The notes beneath the pieces are model-generated. The model searched no databases and had not been told where the DNA came from. It saw only the letters and a list, made by a program, of their open reading frames with translations. Of a stretch of DNA of 64,000 nucleotides, positions 23,421 to 32,900 are shown piece by piece (positions within the stretch are counted from its first letter, which is position 1; every line of letters begins with the position of its first letter). The position numbers and the translations under genes were made by a program. Source of the stretch: an uncultured Verrucomicrobiae bacterium (GTDB taxonomy: Bacteria > Verrucomicrobiota > Verrucomicrobiia > Limisphaerales > JAFGQR01); assembly GCA_963788655.1 (NCBI GenBank), contig CAWBHS010000055.1:1-64000 (forward strand). The letters run 5' to 3'.

Positions 23421-23651
23421 ATGAAGTTGTTAATGATTTTGGGCGGCCTCTTCGGATTTCTGATGGGGATGGTCTTGGGCATTATCCAAGATTGTGCCTG
23501 GCCGAACGTCTTCTGGCGCGCCAGCGTGGCCGCGCTCCTGGCGGGCGTGGTGATGCGCTGGTGGGGACGCATCTGGATCCGAAGCCTGCTGCAAGCCCAC
23601 CGGGAACGCGATGCCGAATCATTGAACTCTGAATCCACGCCCGTCACTTGA
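23421..23651 (+). CDS. Small two-TM membrane protein in the flagellar cluster
   Basis: 76 aa, two hydrophobic helices, abuts fliA. Confidence 0.7.
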   Translation: MKLLMILGGLFGFLMGMVLGIIQDCAWPNVFWRASVAALLAGVVMRWWGRIWIRSLLQAHRERDAESLNSESTPVT

Positions 23652-23662
23652 CTCGCGAGCTT

Positions 23663-24502
23663 ATGGCACCTCCTGACCTCAATCAACCGGCCCTCGAGCA
23701 AACGCGGGTGGACTTCACGCCCACGCCGCAGGCAGTTTGGCAACGGTATCAGGTGGCCGGACAAGGCAGCACCGTCGAGGAAGAATTGGTGCATAAATAT
23801 CTGCCGCTGGTGAAGACCGTGGTGGGCCGCGTGGCCATCAGCCTGCCGCCGCACGTGGAAACCAACGACCTGTACAGCGCCGGCTTGATGGGCTTGCTCA
23901 ACGCGGTCCGTCATTACAATCCGCAAATTGGCACCGCCTTCGAGCCGTACGCCCGGTTGCGGATTCGCGGCGCGGTGCTCGATGATTTGCGGCGCATGGA
24001 TTGGGTGCCGCGGTCGGTCCACGCCAAGGCGCGCAAAATTCAGACGGCCATGGCGGAACTCGAACAGCGGCATCAGCGTTTGCCCACCGACGAGGAGATG
24101 GCGGACGCCTTGCAGATTCCCGTGGCCGAGTATGATCGCTGGATGGCCGACGTTCGGCCGATCACCTTCGTCTGCCTGGATGCGATCAGCGGAGCCGCCG
24201 ACGATGAATTGAGCGAACACGAAACCCTGGCGGACGAGAGTCTGCGCGATACCGCCGACACCGTTTCCCGCCACGAACTGGCTCGCTTGGTCGCCGAGCG
24301 CATCCAGCAATTGCCGGAAGTGCATCGCAAGGTTTTGGCCTTGTACTACTACGAGGACTATCGCTTGCGGGAAATCGCTGCGGTGTGCGGACTGTGCGAG
24401 TCGCGGATTTGCCAGATCCACACGCAGGCCATCCTCTCCATCCGCTTGGCGGTCGAGCAATACGAGGCGCAGGCAACGCCTTCACTCCCGCTGGCCGCAT
24501 GA
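23663..24502 (+). CDS. fliA: RNA polymerase sigma-28 factor (FliA/WhiG)
   Basis: YLPLVK, DLYSAG.MGL, YA..RIRGAVLDDLR..DWVPRS, LYYYE...L.EIA.V.GL.ESRICQIH. Confidence 0.94.
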   Translation: MAPPDLNQPALEQTRVDFTPTPQAVWQRYQVAGQGSTVEEELVHKYLPLVKTVVGRVAISLPPHVETNDLYSAGLMGLLNAVRHYNPQIGTAFEPYARLRIRGAVLDDLRRMDWVPRSVHAKARKIQTAMAELEQRHQRLPTDEEMADALQIPVAEYDRWMADVRPITFVCLDAISGAADDELSEHETLADESLRDTADTVSRHELARLVAERIQQLPEVHRKVLALYYYEDYRLREIAAVCGLCESRICQIHTQAILSIRLAVEQYEAQATPSLPLAA

Positions 24503-25368
24503 TCATTTTCATTGGCGCATTTATTGTCATCGGTTCGGTCATCGGCGGCTTTCTGCTCGCCGGCGGGAATGTTGGCGCCCTGCTGCACCTTTCCGAGCTG
24601 ATCATGATTGGCGGAGCGGCGTTGGGAGCATTGGTGATCATGTCGCCGAAGAAGGTGCTGGTGGACATGGTCAAACTCATCTTCACCGCCATCAAAGGCA
24701 GTCCCTTCAACCGCCAGGCGTACGAGGATTTGCTCAAAGCGCTCTATGAATTGTTCTTGCTCGGGCGCCGCAACGGCATGATCGCTTTGGAAGAACACGT
24801 CATGAATCCGGAGCAAAGTACCATCTTTCAGAAATATCCCGGCTTCATCAAAAACGGCCACTCGCTGACGTTCCTGTGCAATGGGCTGCGGCCGATTATC
24901 GATGGCAAGATCAAGCCTGAGCAGCTCAAGGTGCTGATGGAAGCCGAGATGGAAAGCTTGGAATCTGAACACCAAGCGCCGATCAGCGTGTTGACCAAAG
25001 CGGCGGATGCCATGCCTGGCTTTGGGATTGTGGCCGCCGTGCTGGGCATTGTCATCACCATGGCGGCGATTTCCGGGCCGATCGAGGAAATTGGCGAAAA
25101 AGTGGCGGCAGCCCTGGTGGGAACCTTCCTGGGCATCTTCCTGTCCTACGGTTTTATGAACCCGCTGGCGGTGAACATGGAATTCATTTCCGAGGCGAAA
25201 ATGGCTTACACCCGCTGTATCGCCACGTCGGTCATCAGTTTTGCCAGCGGCATGGCGCCCATCATGGCAGTGGAAGTGGCGCGGCGCAGCCTGAGCAGCG
25301 ACGTGCGGCCCAGCGCCGACGAATTGGAGGCCATGCTCAAAGCCCTGAACAACCCCGCCAAAGGTTAG
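24499..25368 (+). CDS. motA: Flagellar stator protein MotA
   Basis: ELIMIGGAA, R.NGMIALE, PGFGIVAAVLG, AALVGTFLGI; ATGA overlap with fliA. Confidence 0.94.
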   Translation: MIIFIGAFIVIGSVIGGFLLAGGNVGALLHLSELIMIGGAALGALVIMSPKKVLVDMVKLIFTAIKGSPFNRQAYEDLLKALYELFLLGRRNGMIALEEHVMNPEQSTIFQKYPGFIKNGHSLTFLCNGLRPIIDGKIKPEQLKVLMEAEMESLESEHQAPISVLTKAADAMPGFGIVAAVLGIVITMAAISGPIEEIGEKVAAALVGTFLGIFLSYGFMNPLAVNMEFISEAKMAYTRCIATSVISFASGMAPIMAVEVARRSLSSDVRPSADELEAMLKALNNPAKG

Positions 25369-25382
25369 CGGGACCACCAAGG

Positions 25383-26120
25383 ATGGCGAAAAAACACCCA
25401 CATCACGGCGGCGCTTGGAAAGTGGCTTATGCCGACTTTGTGACGGCCATGATGGCTTTGTTTATGGTGCTCTGGCTGGCGGCGCAGGACCAGAAGATCA
25501 AGGAGGCCATCGAACGGTCTTTTCGCAATCCGTTCATGTCGCTCACCAAAGGATCGTCCGGCCTGATTCCCACGAAAAACAAAGACACGGTCGGCGGTTC
25601 GTCGGGCAAATACGACACGGCGGCTGCGTCGCCGGCGGAAGTGGCCATGTTACGCCGGCTTCAGCAGGAACTTTCCAAAACCTTGGTCCAAGCCCAGGAG
25701 GAGGAAGACACGGTGCGCTTCAATTTGACCCCGGAAGGACTGCGCATCACCATTTTCGACCGCGCCCGCAAACCCATTTTCGAAGCCGATTCGGACCAGT
25801 TGACCGACTACGGCTCGTGGATTCTTTCCACCCTGGCCTGGGAAATCAGCCGTTACGATACGTTCGCCGTGGAACTCGAAGGGCACACGGAACGCGGCTT
25901 TAAAGCCGTGCGCAACAATTACACGGGGTGGGAGCTCTCGGCCGACCGCGCCAATTCGGGCCGCCGCAAACTGATTGAGAACGGAGTCCACGCGGACCAG
26001 ATCAAGAAAGTCGCCGGCTTCGCGGACACCATCCCGTTGCCGGACGCCCAGCCCGACGATCCGTTGAATCGCCGCATCACGTTGTTGTTGCGGGTCAAAT
26101 CCGGCAACCCGCAATCCTGA
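25383..26120 (+). CDS. motB: Flagellar stator protein MotB
   Basis: HGGAWKVAYADFVTAMMALF; OmpA-like EGHT...WELSADRAN...NRRI. Confidence 0.94.
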   Translation: MAKKHPHHGGAWKVAYADFVTAMMALFMVLWLAAQDQKIKEAIERSFRNPFMSLTKGSSGLIPTKNKDTVGGSSGKYDTAAASPAEVAMLRRLQQELSKTLVQAQEEEDTVRFNLTPEGLRITIFDRARKPIFEADSDQLTDYGSWILSTLAWEISRYDTFAVELEGHTERGFKAVRNNYTGWELSADRANSGRRKLIENGVHADQIKKVAGFADTIPLPDAQPDDPLNRRITLLLRVKSGNPQS

Positions 26121-26128
26121 ATCCTCGC

Positions 26129-26452
26129 ATGGCGCCGCCATTCAATCCTCTGGCCCCTCAGACCCATCCGGCAAGCCCGGTTCGAACCGCCTGCCGTTTA
26201 CAGGTTATTGCCGCCGACGCCGCGGTGTTCCAACCGTTGGCGGCCCGCAAGCCAGTTTCACCCGCGTCCGCGTCAGCTACCGACGCCGTTGCGGCTTCCT
26301 CGGCTCCGGCCTCCTCCGGCGCCCCTTCCGCTCCCAACGAATCCGCGAAGCATTCGGCTCCCACCGTCGAACTGGTGCGCGACGGAGACCGGGTCAGTAA
26401 GATTCAAATCCGCTGTGCGTGCGGCGAGATGATTGAATTGGAATGCGAATGA
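26129..26452 (+). CDS. Small hypothetical protein with Ala/Pro/Ser linker and C-terminal CxCG motif
   Basis: Starts 9 nt after motB; ends VELVRDGDRVSKIQIRCACGEMIELECE. Confidence 0.6.
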   Translation: MAPPFNPLAPQTHPASPVRTACRLQVIAADAAVFQPLAARKPVSPASASATDAVAASSAPASSGAPSAPNESAKHSAPTVELVRDGDRVSKIQIRCACGEMIELECE

Positions 26453-26822
26453 GGCCGCCGCCCCCGGTGCGCCACGGTTGCCCCGCGTCACGTTAATTGA
26501 ATTCAAAACTCGGTTGGGCGGAACTGCGGCTCAGCCACGTTCTTGGCGGGTGTTCACGTGAGCCCGATTAAAATATCCATCCCGACCCTGAATAATCCGC
26601 GCGCGAATCCATCCAATCTACTACCCGTGACACCGTCAGCCCGATCCAGCGAGCAAGTTGCCACCGAGTTGGCTCCGCCGCTTGGCACGTCGCGTTGCAA
26701 CGAATCGCTGGCTGGCTGGATCGCCATTTTCGACCGGCACCGTTGGCACGCGCCATCGGGAGCACGGATGCGGGCTTGTTCGCCTGACGGTCACGGTATT
26801 TAATGACCGAAACGAATTACCT

Positions 26823-28124
26823 ATGACAACAAATACCAAACTTAGTCGTCGTTCCTTTTTGAAAACCACTGGCGCCATTGGCGCCGCCGTACCCTTTGTG
26901 CTGCCTTCCAGTATTTGGGCTGCCGAAACGTCCCCCAATGAACGGATCGTGATGGGTTTCATCGGCGTGGGCAAACAAGGCGGTTACCTGCTGGGCGGGT
27001 TCCTGCACAATTCGCAAACCCAGGTGGTGGCGGTCAACGACGTGGATACCACGCGCCGGCAGTTTCACCAGAAACAGGTGAATGACTATTATTCGGAGAA
27101 GAAACAAAAGGATTACCAGGGCTGCAAGCCCTACACGGACTTCCGCGAGTTGCTCGCCCGTAAAGACATTGACGCGGTCTGCATCGCCACGCCGGATCAT
27201 TGGCATGCCATCCCCGTGATCCAAGCCTGCAACGCCAAGAAAGACATTTATTGTGAAAAACCGCTCTCCCTGACGATTGGCGAAGCCCGCGCGATGGCCA
27301 ACGCGGTGCGCAAGAACGACCGCGTGTTCCAGACCGGCAGCATGCAACGCTCGTCGCGCGAATTCCTCAAAGCCTGCGAACTGGTTCGCAACGGACATAT
27401 CGGCGAGGTCAAGGAAGTCTATGTCTCCGTCGGTGGCCCCAGCAAATGGTGCGATCTGCCCGAAGAAGCCATGGAACCCGGACTGGATTGGAACTTCTGG
27501 CTCGGGCCGGCGCCAATGCGTCCCTACAACAGCATTCTCAGCCCGCGCGGCGTCCACAACCATTTCCCGGCGTGGCGCAATTACCGCGAATACTCCGGCG
27601 GCGGCATGACCGATTGGGGGGCCCACCATTTCGACATCGCCCAGTGGGGCCTCGGCATGGACGAGAGCGGGCCAGTGGAAATCATTCCGCCCAACGGCAA
27701 GGATGTCAAACGGCTCACTTACCGTTACGCCAATGGTGTGGTCATGTATCACGGCGGACTCCAGGGCTACAACTTCGGTGTGGTGTTCGTCGGCACCAAA
27801 GGGAAGATCTGCGTCGATCGCGGCAAGTTCAAAGCCGAGCCGGAAGAGATTGCTGCCAACTACAAAGCGGGTTCGGAGCAGATCAAGCTCTACCAAAGCA
27901 ACAACCATTTGCAGGACTTCCTCAACTGCACGCGAACACGCAAACGCCCGATTTGCGATGTGGAAATCGGCTGTCGGTCGGTCAGCGTGTGTCACTTGGG
28001 CAACCTGGCGTTTTGGAATAAACGCCCGCTGAAGTGGAATCCGAAAAAAGAACGGTTCATCGGCGACGACGAAGCCAATACTTGGATTAACCGAACGAAG
28101 CGCGCGCCCTGGGACAAAGCGTAG
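26823..28124 (+). CDS. Tat-exported Gfo/Idh/MocA-family oxidoreductase
   Basis: SRRSFLK twin-arginine signal, GFIGVGKQG, IATPDHWH, YCEKP, QTGSMQRS, DWGAHHFD. Confidence 0.93.
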   Translation: MTTNTKLSRRSFLKTTGAIGAAVPFVLPSSIWAAETSPNERIVMGFIGVGKQGGYLLGGFLHNSQTQVVAVNDVDTTRRQFHQKQVNDYYSEKKQKDYQGCKPYTDFRELLARKDIDAVCIATPDHWHAIPVIQACNAKKDIYCEKPLSLTIGEARAMANAVRKNDRVFQTGSMQRSSREFLKACELVRNGHIGEVKEVYVSVGGPSKWCDLPEEAMEPGLDWNFWLGPAPMRPYNSILSPRGVHNHFPAWRNYREYSGGGMTDWGAHHFDIAQWGLGMDESGPVEIIPPNGKDVKRLTYRYANGVVMYHGGLQGYNFGVVFVGTKGKICVDRGKFKAEPEEIAANYKAGSEQIKLYQSNNHLQDFLNCTRTRKRPICDVEIGCRSVSVCHLGNLAFWNKRPLKWNPKKERFIGDDEANTWINRTKRAPWDKA

Positions 28125-28127
28125 CCC

Positions 28128-28281
28128 GCAACGTGCTGCCGGCGTCCCGCCGGCAGAAACGGATACAATTGGAGCGCTCGAACAAGTCGGGTAAGGTCGG
28201 GCGACTGTGGTGCGTTCATCCGCAATTCCAATAGCTTGCGGTTTCGGATAAGTCAGGGCGGTGCGCCAGCTCCGCCCTACC
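28128..28281. repeat. REP-like palindromes: one arm of family C plus a GGTAGGGCGG-type arm
   Basis: 28128-28163 gcaacgtgctgccggcgtcccgccggcagaaacgga matches 35111-35146 with one mismatch. 28256-28281 gggcggtgcgccagctccgccctacc resembles the reverse complement of the stretch at ~26512-26537. Confidence 0.7.
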
Positions 28282-28447
28282 GCCTTGGGGAGCACAGGCG
28301 CACCGCGTCCACCACGATCCGAGACAAGCCGGCGCGATTCCCGCTTTCGGACAACTGCGGCCTTACGGCTTCTGCCACGGTTCCAAACATTCTTGCGCGG
28401 ATTGCGCGGTCGGGAGAAACTCCGCCGCACTGTTTAAAAGAGACACT

Positions 28448-29128
28448 ATGAAAGCAACCTATTACGGACATTCCTGTTTTGCGGTTGAAGTCGGCAAGAA
28501 AACCTTGCTGTTCGATCCGTTCATCACGCCGAACGAATTGGCCAAGGACATCGATGTGAACCAGGTGCCGGCGGATTTTATTCTGCTGTCGCACGGGCAT
28601 GGCGACCACGTGGCTGATGCGGTGACGATTGCCAAACGCACCGGCGCCCTGGTGATTTCCAATTACGAAATCTGCAATTGGCTGGGAAACCAGGGGATCG
28701 AGCAAACGCACCCGTTGAACCATGGCGGCGGCTATGCCTTCGAGTTCGGGCGCGCCAAGTTGGTCAACGCGATCCATTCGAGCAGCCTGCCCGACGGCAC
28801 CTATGGCGGCAATCCGGGTGGTTTTGTTATCGAGAGCGCTGAGGGAAATTTCTATTTCTCCGGCGATACCGCGCTCACGTTCGACATGAAGCTCATCGGC
28901 GAATCCACGCCGCTCAAGTTCGCCGCTCTTTGTCTGGGTGACAATTTTACAATGGGCATCGATGACGCCGTCAAAGCGGCGGATTTCGTTGGCTGCGATC
29001 AAATCCTGGGCCTGCACTACGACACGTTTCCGCCGATCAAGATCGATCATGCAGCGGCTATCAGCAAATTCAAGGCGGCGAACAAGACGCTCCATCTATT
29101 GCCCGTTGGCGGCAGCCATGAATTCTAA
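28448..29128 (+). CDS. Metal-dependent hydrolase, metallo-beta-lactamase fold (UPF0173-like)
   Basis: YYGHSCF, FDPF, SHGHGDH (HxHxDH), YFSGDT, GDNFTMG, HYDTFP. Confidence 0.92.
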   Translation: MKATYYGHSCFAVEVGKKTLLFDPFITPNELAKDIDVNQVPADFILLSHGHGDHVADAVTIAKRTGALVISNYEICNWLGNQGIEQTHPLNHGGGYAFEFGRAKLVNAIHSSSLPDGTYGGNPGGFVIESAEGNFYFSGDTALTFDMKLIGESTPLKFAALCLGDNFTMGIDDAVKAADFVGCDQILGLHYDTFPPIKIDHAAAISKFKAANKTLHLLPVGGSHEF

Positions 29129-29146
29129 CGGCCATTCCTGAAGACC

Positions 29147-29235
29147 GCAGCAGCCGATGTAAGGAGGCTCTGACATACTTGTTCGTCAACGCTGAACATT
29201 GCTGACGTTCAGAGCCTCCTCACGTCGGCTGCTAC
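29147..29235. repeat. REP-like inverted doublet, family A (GTAGCAGCCGACGTGAGGAGGCTC)
   Basis: gcagcagccgatgtaaggaggctctga ... tcagagcctcctcacgtcggctgctac; same family at 38303 and 52307. Confidence 0.85.
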
Positions 29236-29285
29236 AAGAATCAATATTGTTTGAAATCCACGATGAGCTGTTCGCCGCAGATTGA

Positions 29286-29912
29286 GTGCGCCTAAGTCCT
29301 TCCCAACGCTGGTTCGTCGCAGGTTGCCTGGCGGAATCGTCGCTGCTGGTAATCGCCGTCCTGCTAGGCTGGGTGTTGAACCGTCCAGCGCTGGCTACGC
29401 TGCATTGGCAGACCAACGATTTTCTGTGGGGCCTTGTCGGCGTTCTACCCATGGCCGCCGCGTTTTGGTGGATGGTGAATTCATCGTGGCACCCGTTGGT
29501 CGAGATTCACTGGTTCCTGGATCAATATGTCCGACCGATACTGGGCCAGTGGTCGCCGTGGCAACTGCTGGTGGTTTCCGTCGTTGCGGGCATTTCGGAG
29601 GAGAGCCTGTTTCGCTCGGTGATTCAAGGTGGCCTGGTGCCGTACCTGCATCCGCTCGGGGCATTGGCGGTCGCCAGCATTCTCTTCGGACTCTGTCACG
29701 CGATGACCCGAGCGTATGCGGTGATTGCCGCGCTGATTGGCGCCTATCTGGGAGGTCTGTGGTTGTTGACGGGAAATCTGCTGGCGCCGGTAACGAGTCA
29801 TGCGGTTTACGATTTCCTGGCGCTGATGTATTTCCTGCATTACCCGTCGATTACGGCCGGACCTGCAAACGGAACAGGTAGTCCCCCCCCACCACCGCCG
29901 GCGGCAACGTGA
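29286..29912 (+). CDS. CPBP-family intramembrane glutamic/metallo-protease (CAAX II/Abi)
   Basis: EESLFR, FGLCH and HAVYD motifs; multi-TM. Confidence 0.88.
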   Translation: MRLSPSQRWFVAGCLAESSLLVIAVLLGWVLNRPALATLHWQTNDFLWGLVGVLPMAAAFWWMVNSSWHPLVEIHWFLDQYVRPILGQWSPWQLLVVSVVAGISEESLFRSVIQGGLVPYLHPLGALAVASILFGLCHAMTRAYAVIAALIGAYLGGLWLLTGNLLAPVTSHAVYDFLALMYFLHYPSITAGPANGTGSPPPPPPAAT

Positions 29913-32900
29913 CGGTCAGATTGGTGCTGTCGGCCCGCTGCCAATCGCCGAGCGGCCTCCAGGTCACCGCATCACTGCTGCCTTCCACCTGGTAAGCCCG
30001 GCCCGCCGCCGCTGACCAGGCAAGGCGAACGCTGCCATCAGCGACCATGATCGGATTGTTAAGGTCCAGCATCGAATTCGGGGAGAGCGGATCGGTGCCG
30101 GCCACAAATTCCGCACCGTCCGGGAATCCGTCGCCATCGGAGTCAGTCAACGCGGTGTGATCCAGCCAATTGGTGGGAAAATAAAATTGTTCCCACGCAT
30201 CGGAGATACCGTTGGAGTTCACGTCGGCAAATGTGTAATTGCCTTGGAACCACACGCTGCCTTCCGCCGCGAGGGAGTTCGTTTGCGACGCGGGTGTTTC
30301 GTAATCCGGCACGCTGTCGTAAGTGACCCAATAGCTGCCGGGCGGCGCATTGGTGATCAGCAAGCTCCAGCCCGTACCGCTGCGCGAGATCGGGCCGTGC
30401 AGCGCGAAGCTGGCCTGAGCCAGGTTGTTGGAAATGGCAATCGTACCCGCTTCGGTGTTCTTGATGTCCACCGAAACATCGTCCACCAACCAACCCGGGC
30501 GCGGCCAGGAATCGAAAGCGAAGAGCGCATAATGCCATACCACATACACAATCTGGCCCAAATATGGGGTCAGATCGATTTCCACTTGCTGCCAGTCGTT
30601 GGAATCTTGCGTGAAATCAAGGGGCAAGGTGATGGGGTTGACTGCCGTGTTGGTAATTAGCAACAGTTCGCCGCCGTGAAAAATGTCGAATTCCAACGGC
30701 ATGCTGAAGTCGTAGGTTTGCCAGAACCGCAGCGTCGCTTGGTTGCCGCCGGTTAACAGGATGGCGGGGCTGATGAGGAACGATTCCTCTTGGCTGATCC
30801 AGTCCACATCCAAGTTCGAGCCCCAGGCATTGGCACCCGAATGCGCCTGAAAAAAGTCCGCGTTGGGTTGTCCCAGTTCCCATCCCTTCTCGGAATCTTC
30901 CACGGTATATATGGTCCAATGTGCGTCACCGTGTTCCAGGTCATCGGTCCAGGGCGGCTGGATCGCGCCGCAAGGTGGTGAACGTGTTGGTGACCGTGTT
31001 GATGGACAGATTGCCCGCGCGATCAAAACTGCTGACGCGATAGTAATAAGTGCGATTCGGATCCAATTCGCGGGGCAACACTTCGTGTTGCGTTACGAAG
31101 TCTTTGTCGTCAGCGCTGCGGCTGAAGAAGGGCGACTCCCCGAATTGCACCTGGGAATCTGCGGGTTCGGAAGTGTCCCAATAAGACCACGGCATCCACG
31201 TAACCGGGTTCCACCGAAATGTTGCTGACGACCGGCGGTATAATCTCCACCTCTGCCGAATCGCTCACCGTGACGGCGCGTGAGGTATCGAAATAATCAA
31301 CCCGGATCTGGTCGCCAGGCACCACGCTCAATTCCCCGGACTTACTGCTGCCACTAGCCACCAGAGCAATTGAGCCGCGAAAAACACCCGGACGGATGGT
31401 GCTCTGGAGCGTAACCACTTTCCCAGTCGGATCACTGTTGCTGTAGAATATCACCGCAGTTTGCGGTTGACCTTCCAGATCCAGATCGGCCACTTCGACC
31501 GTCACTTGGCTGGGAATTGTGTAGGCGCTACGATCCAGGGCGACGCTCCCTTCACCATTCAAGCCCGGTGCGAGAAAGTTCAGAATCCGACGCAGCACTT
31601 CAGCCCGGTTGTTCGGCGCGGGTTCCGTTTCAGGAATCGTATCAAAGGGGAATGACACAAACACCACGCGACTCGGACTATCCACCCCGACCTGCGGGTA
31701 ACGCAAACCGGCGTATCCACCCAAATTGCTGTTAAAAATTCCCACAGCATCTTCGCCTGGAGTGACCGTGTCCGAATAGTCAAAATCCAAAACCCCCCAA
31801 ATGAGTAATCCTTTTCATAGTCCAGGGAAACGGATACGCCATCCCCAATGGGATCATTGTCCACACCGGTGATGCTGGGTACGGTGGGGTCGGTATCGAA
31901 CGTGGGAACATGCAGAACCTCTTTGCGGAAGGCCGATGCTCCCACTTCATCCAGTCGAGAGAGAACTTCCATCGAGGCCAGAAACAATGATCCGCCCTCA
32001 TTCAGGTATTCGGTAATTGCCGATCGCTCAGGCGCAGTAAAGGTCGGACGGAACAGATTGAATTCGGGCAGGCGCCAAATCACGACGCGGTAGGGGTGCA
32101 GATCGTCCGCCGTTGGCCAGTTCGTTCCGTTCACCGACCACACGTCGTAGGAAATCGCAAGCTGGTCAAGTGGGTGCGTGTAATTTTGCAGCGGCGGATC
32201 GAGGAATAAATCATCCATGAAGGCGTCCACGAGCAAGCTGCCGGCGGGAAAGGAGCCTGGAAACTGAGAGGTGCCCCGTTGTTGTTGGTCACGGTGTTAC
32301 CCGCCTCGTCAGTGCAAACAATACTAAAGTAATAGGTTTGCCCCGACATCAATTCTGCCACGGATACTGCATGGCTGGTGCGCAGGGTTCGGTTGGTCAC
32401 CGCCAACCCCAGCCCGGTAGTGGCCCCATACAGTAATCGGCTGCTGGCCGTTTCGTCCGTTTGCCATTGAATGAAGAGCCCGACCAAACCGGTTGGTGAC
32501 GCTGACGTTGCTGATTACCGGTGGCAGTAAATCTGCGCGCGCGGTGAACACTCTCAAGGTCGGCGGTGGTGGGTCGTCGTCTTGGTAAACGGCTTCGATG
32601 GTATCGCCGTGGTTGACCTGCAAACGCCCGTCGGTTTGTACTGCCCCCGTCGCCGTGACAACCTTCCCGGTAAACACGCCGCTTGATCCGCTTGCCTGCA
32701 ACACAATGCCCTCGCCGTTCGATTCTGTGGACTCCGCAACTGGATCGTGGCCGTGGTTTGGTTGGTCAAATCATAGTCTACTAGAGTCAGCTTGATCACG
32801 CCTGGGACGGTGTAAGCCCGGCGATCGAGCGATACGATTCCGTGGCCCGACGGAACGATGGCTGCCGAAATCACCAGGGCAAAATCCTAATCATACACCT

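Noticed and set aside
26683..26699. Sigma54 promoter TGGCACG-TCGCG-TTGCA upstream of the oxidoreductase
   Set aside because: GG-to-GC spacing is 11 nt, not the required 10; valid only if one base is an assembly insertion.
29286..29912. Abortive-infection defence gene
   Set aside because: The Abi label of CPBP proteases is historical; nothing here indicates a phage-defence role.
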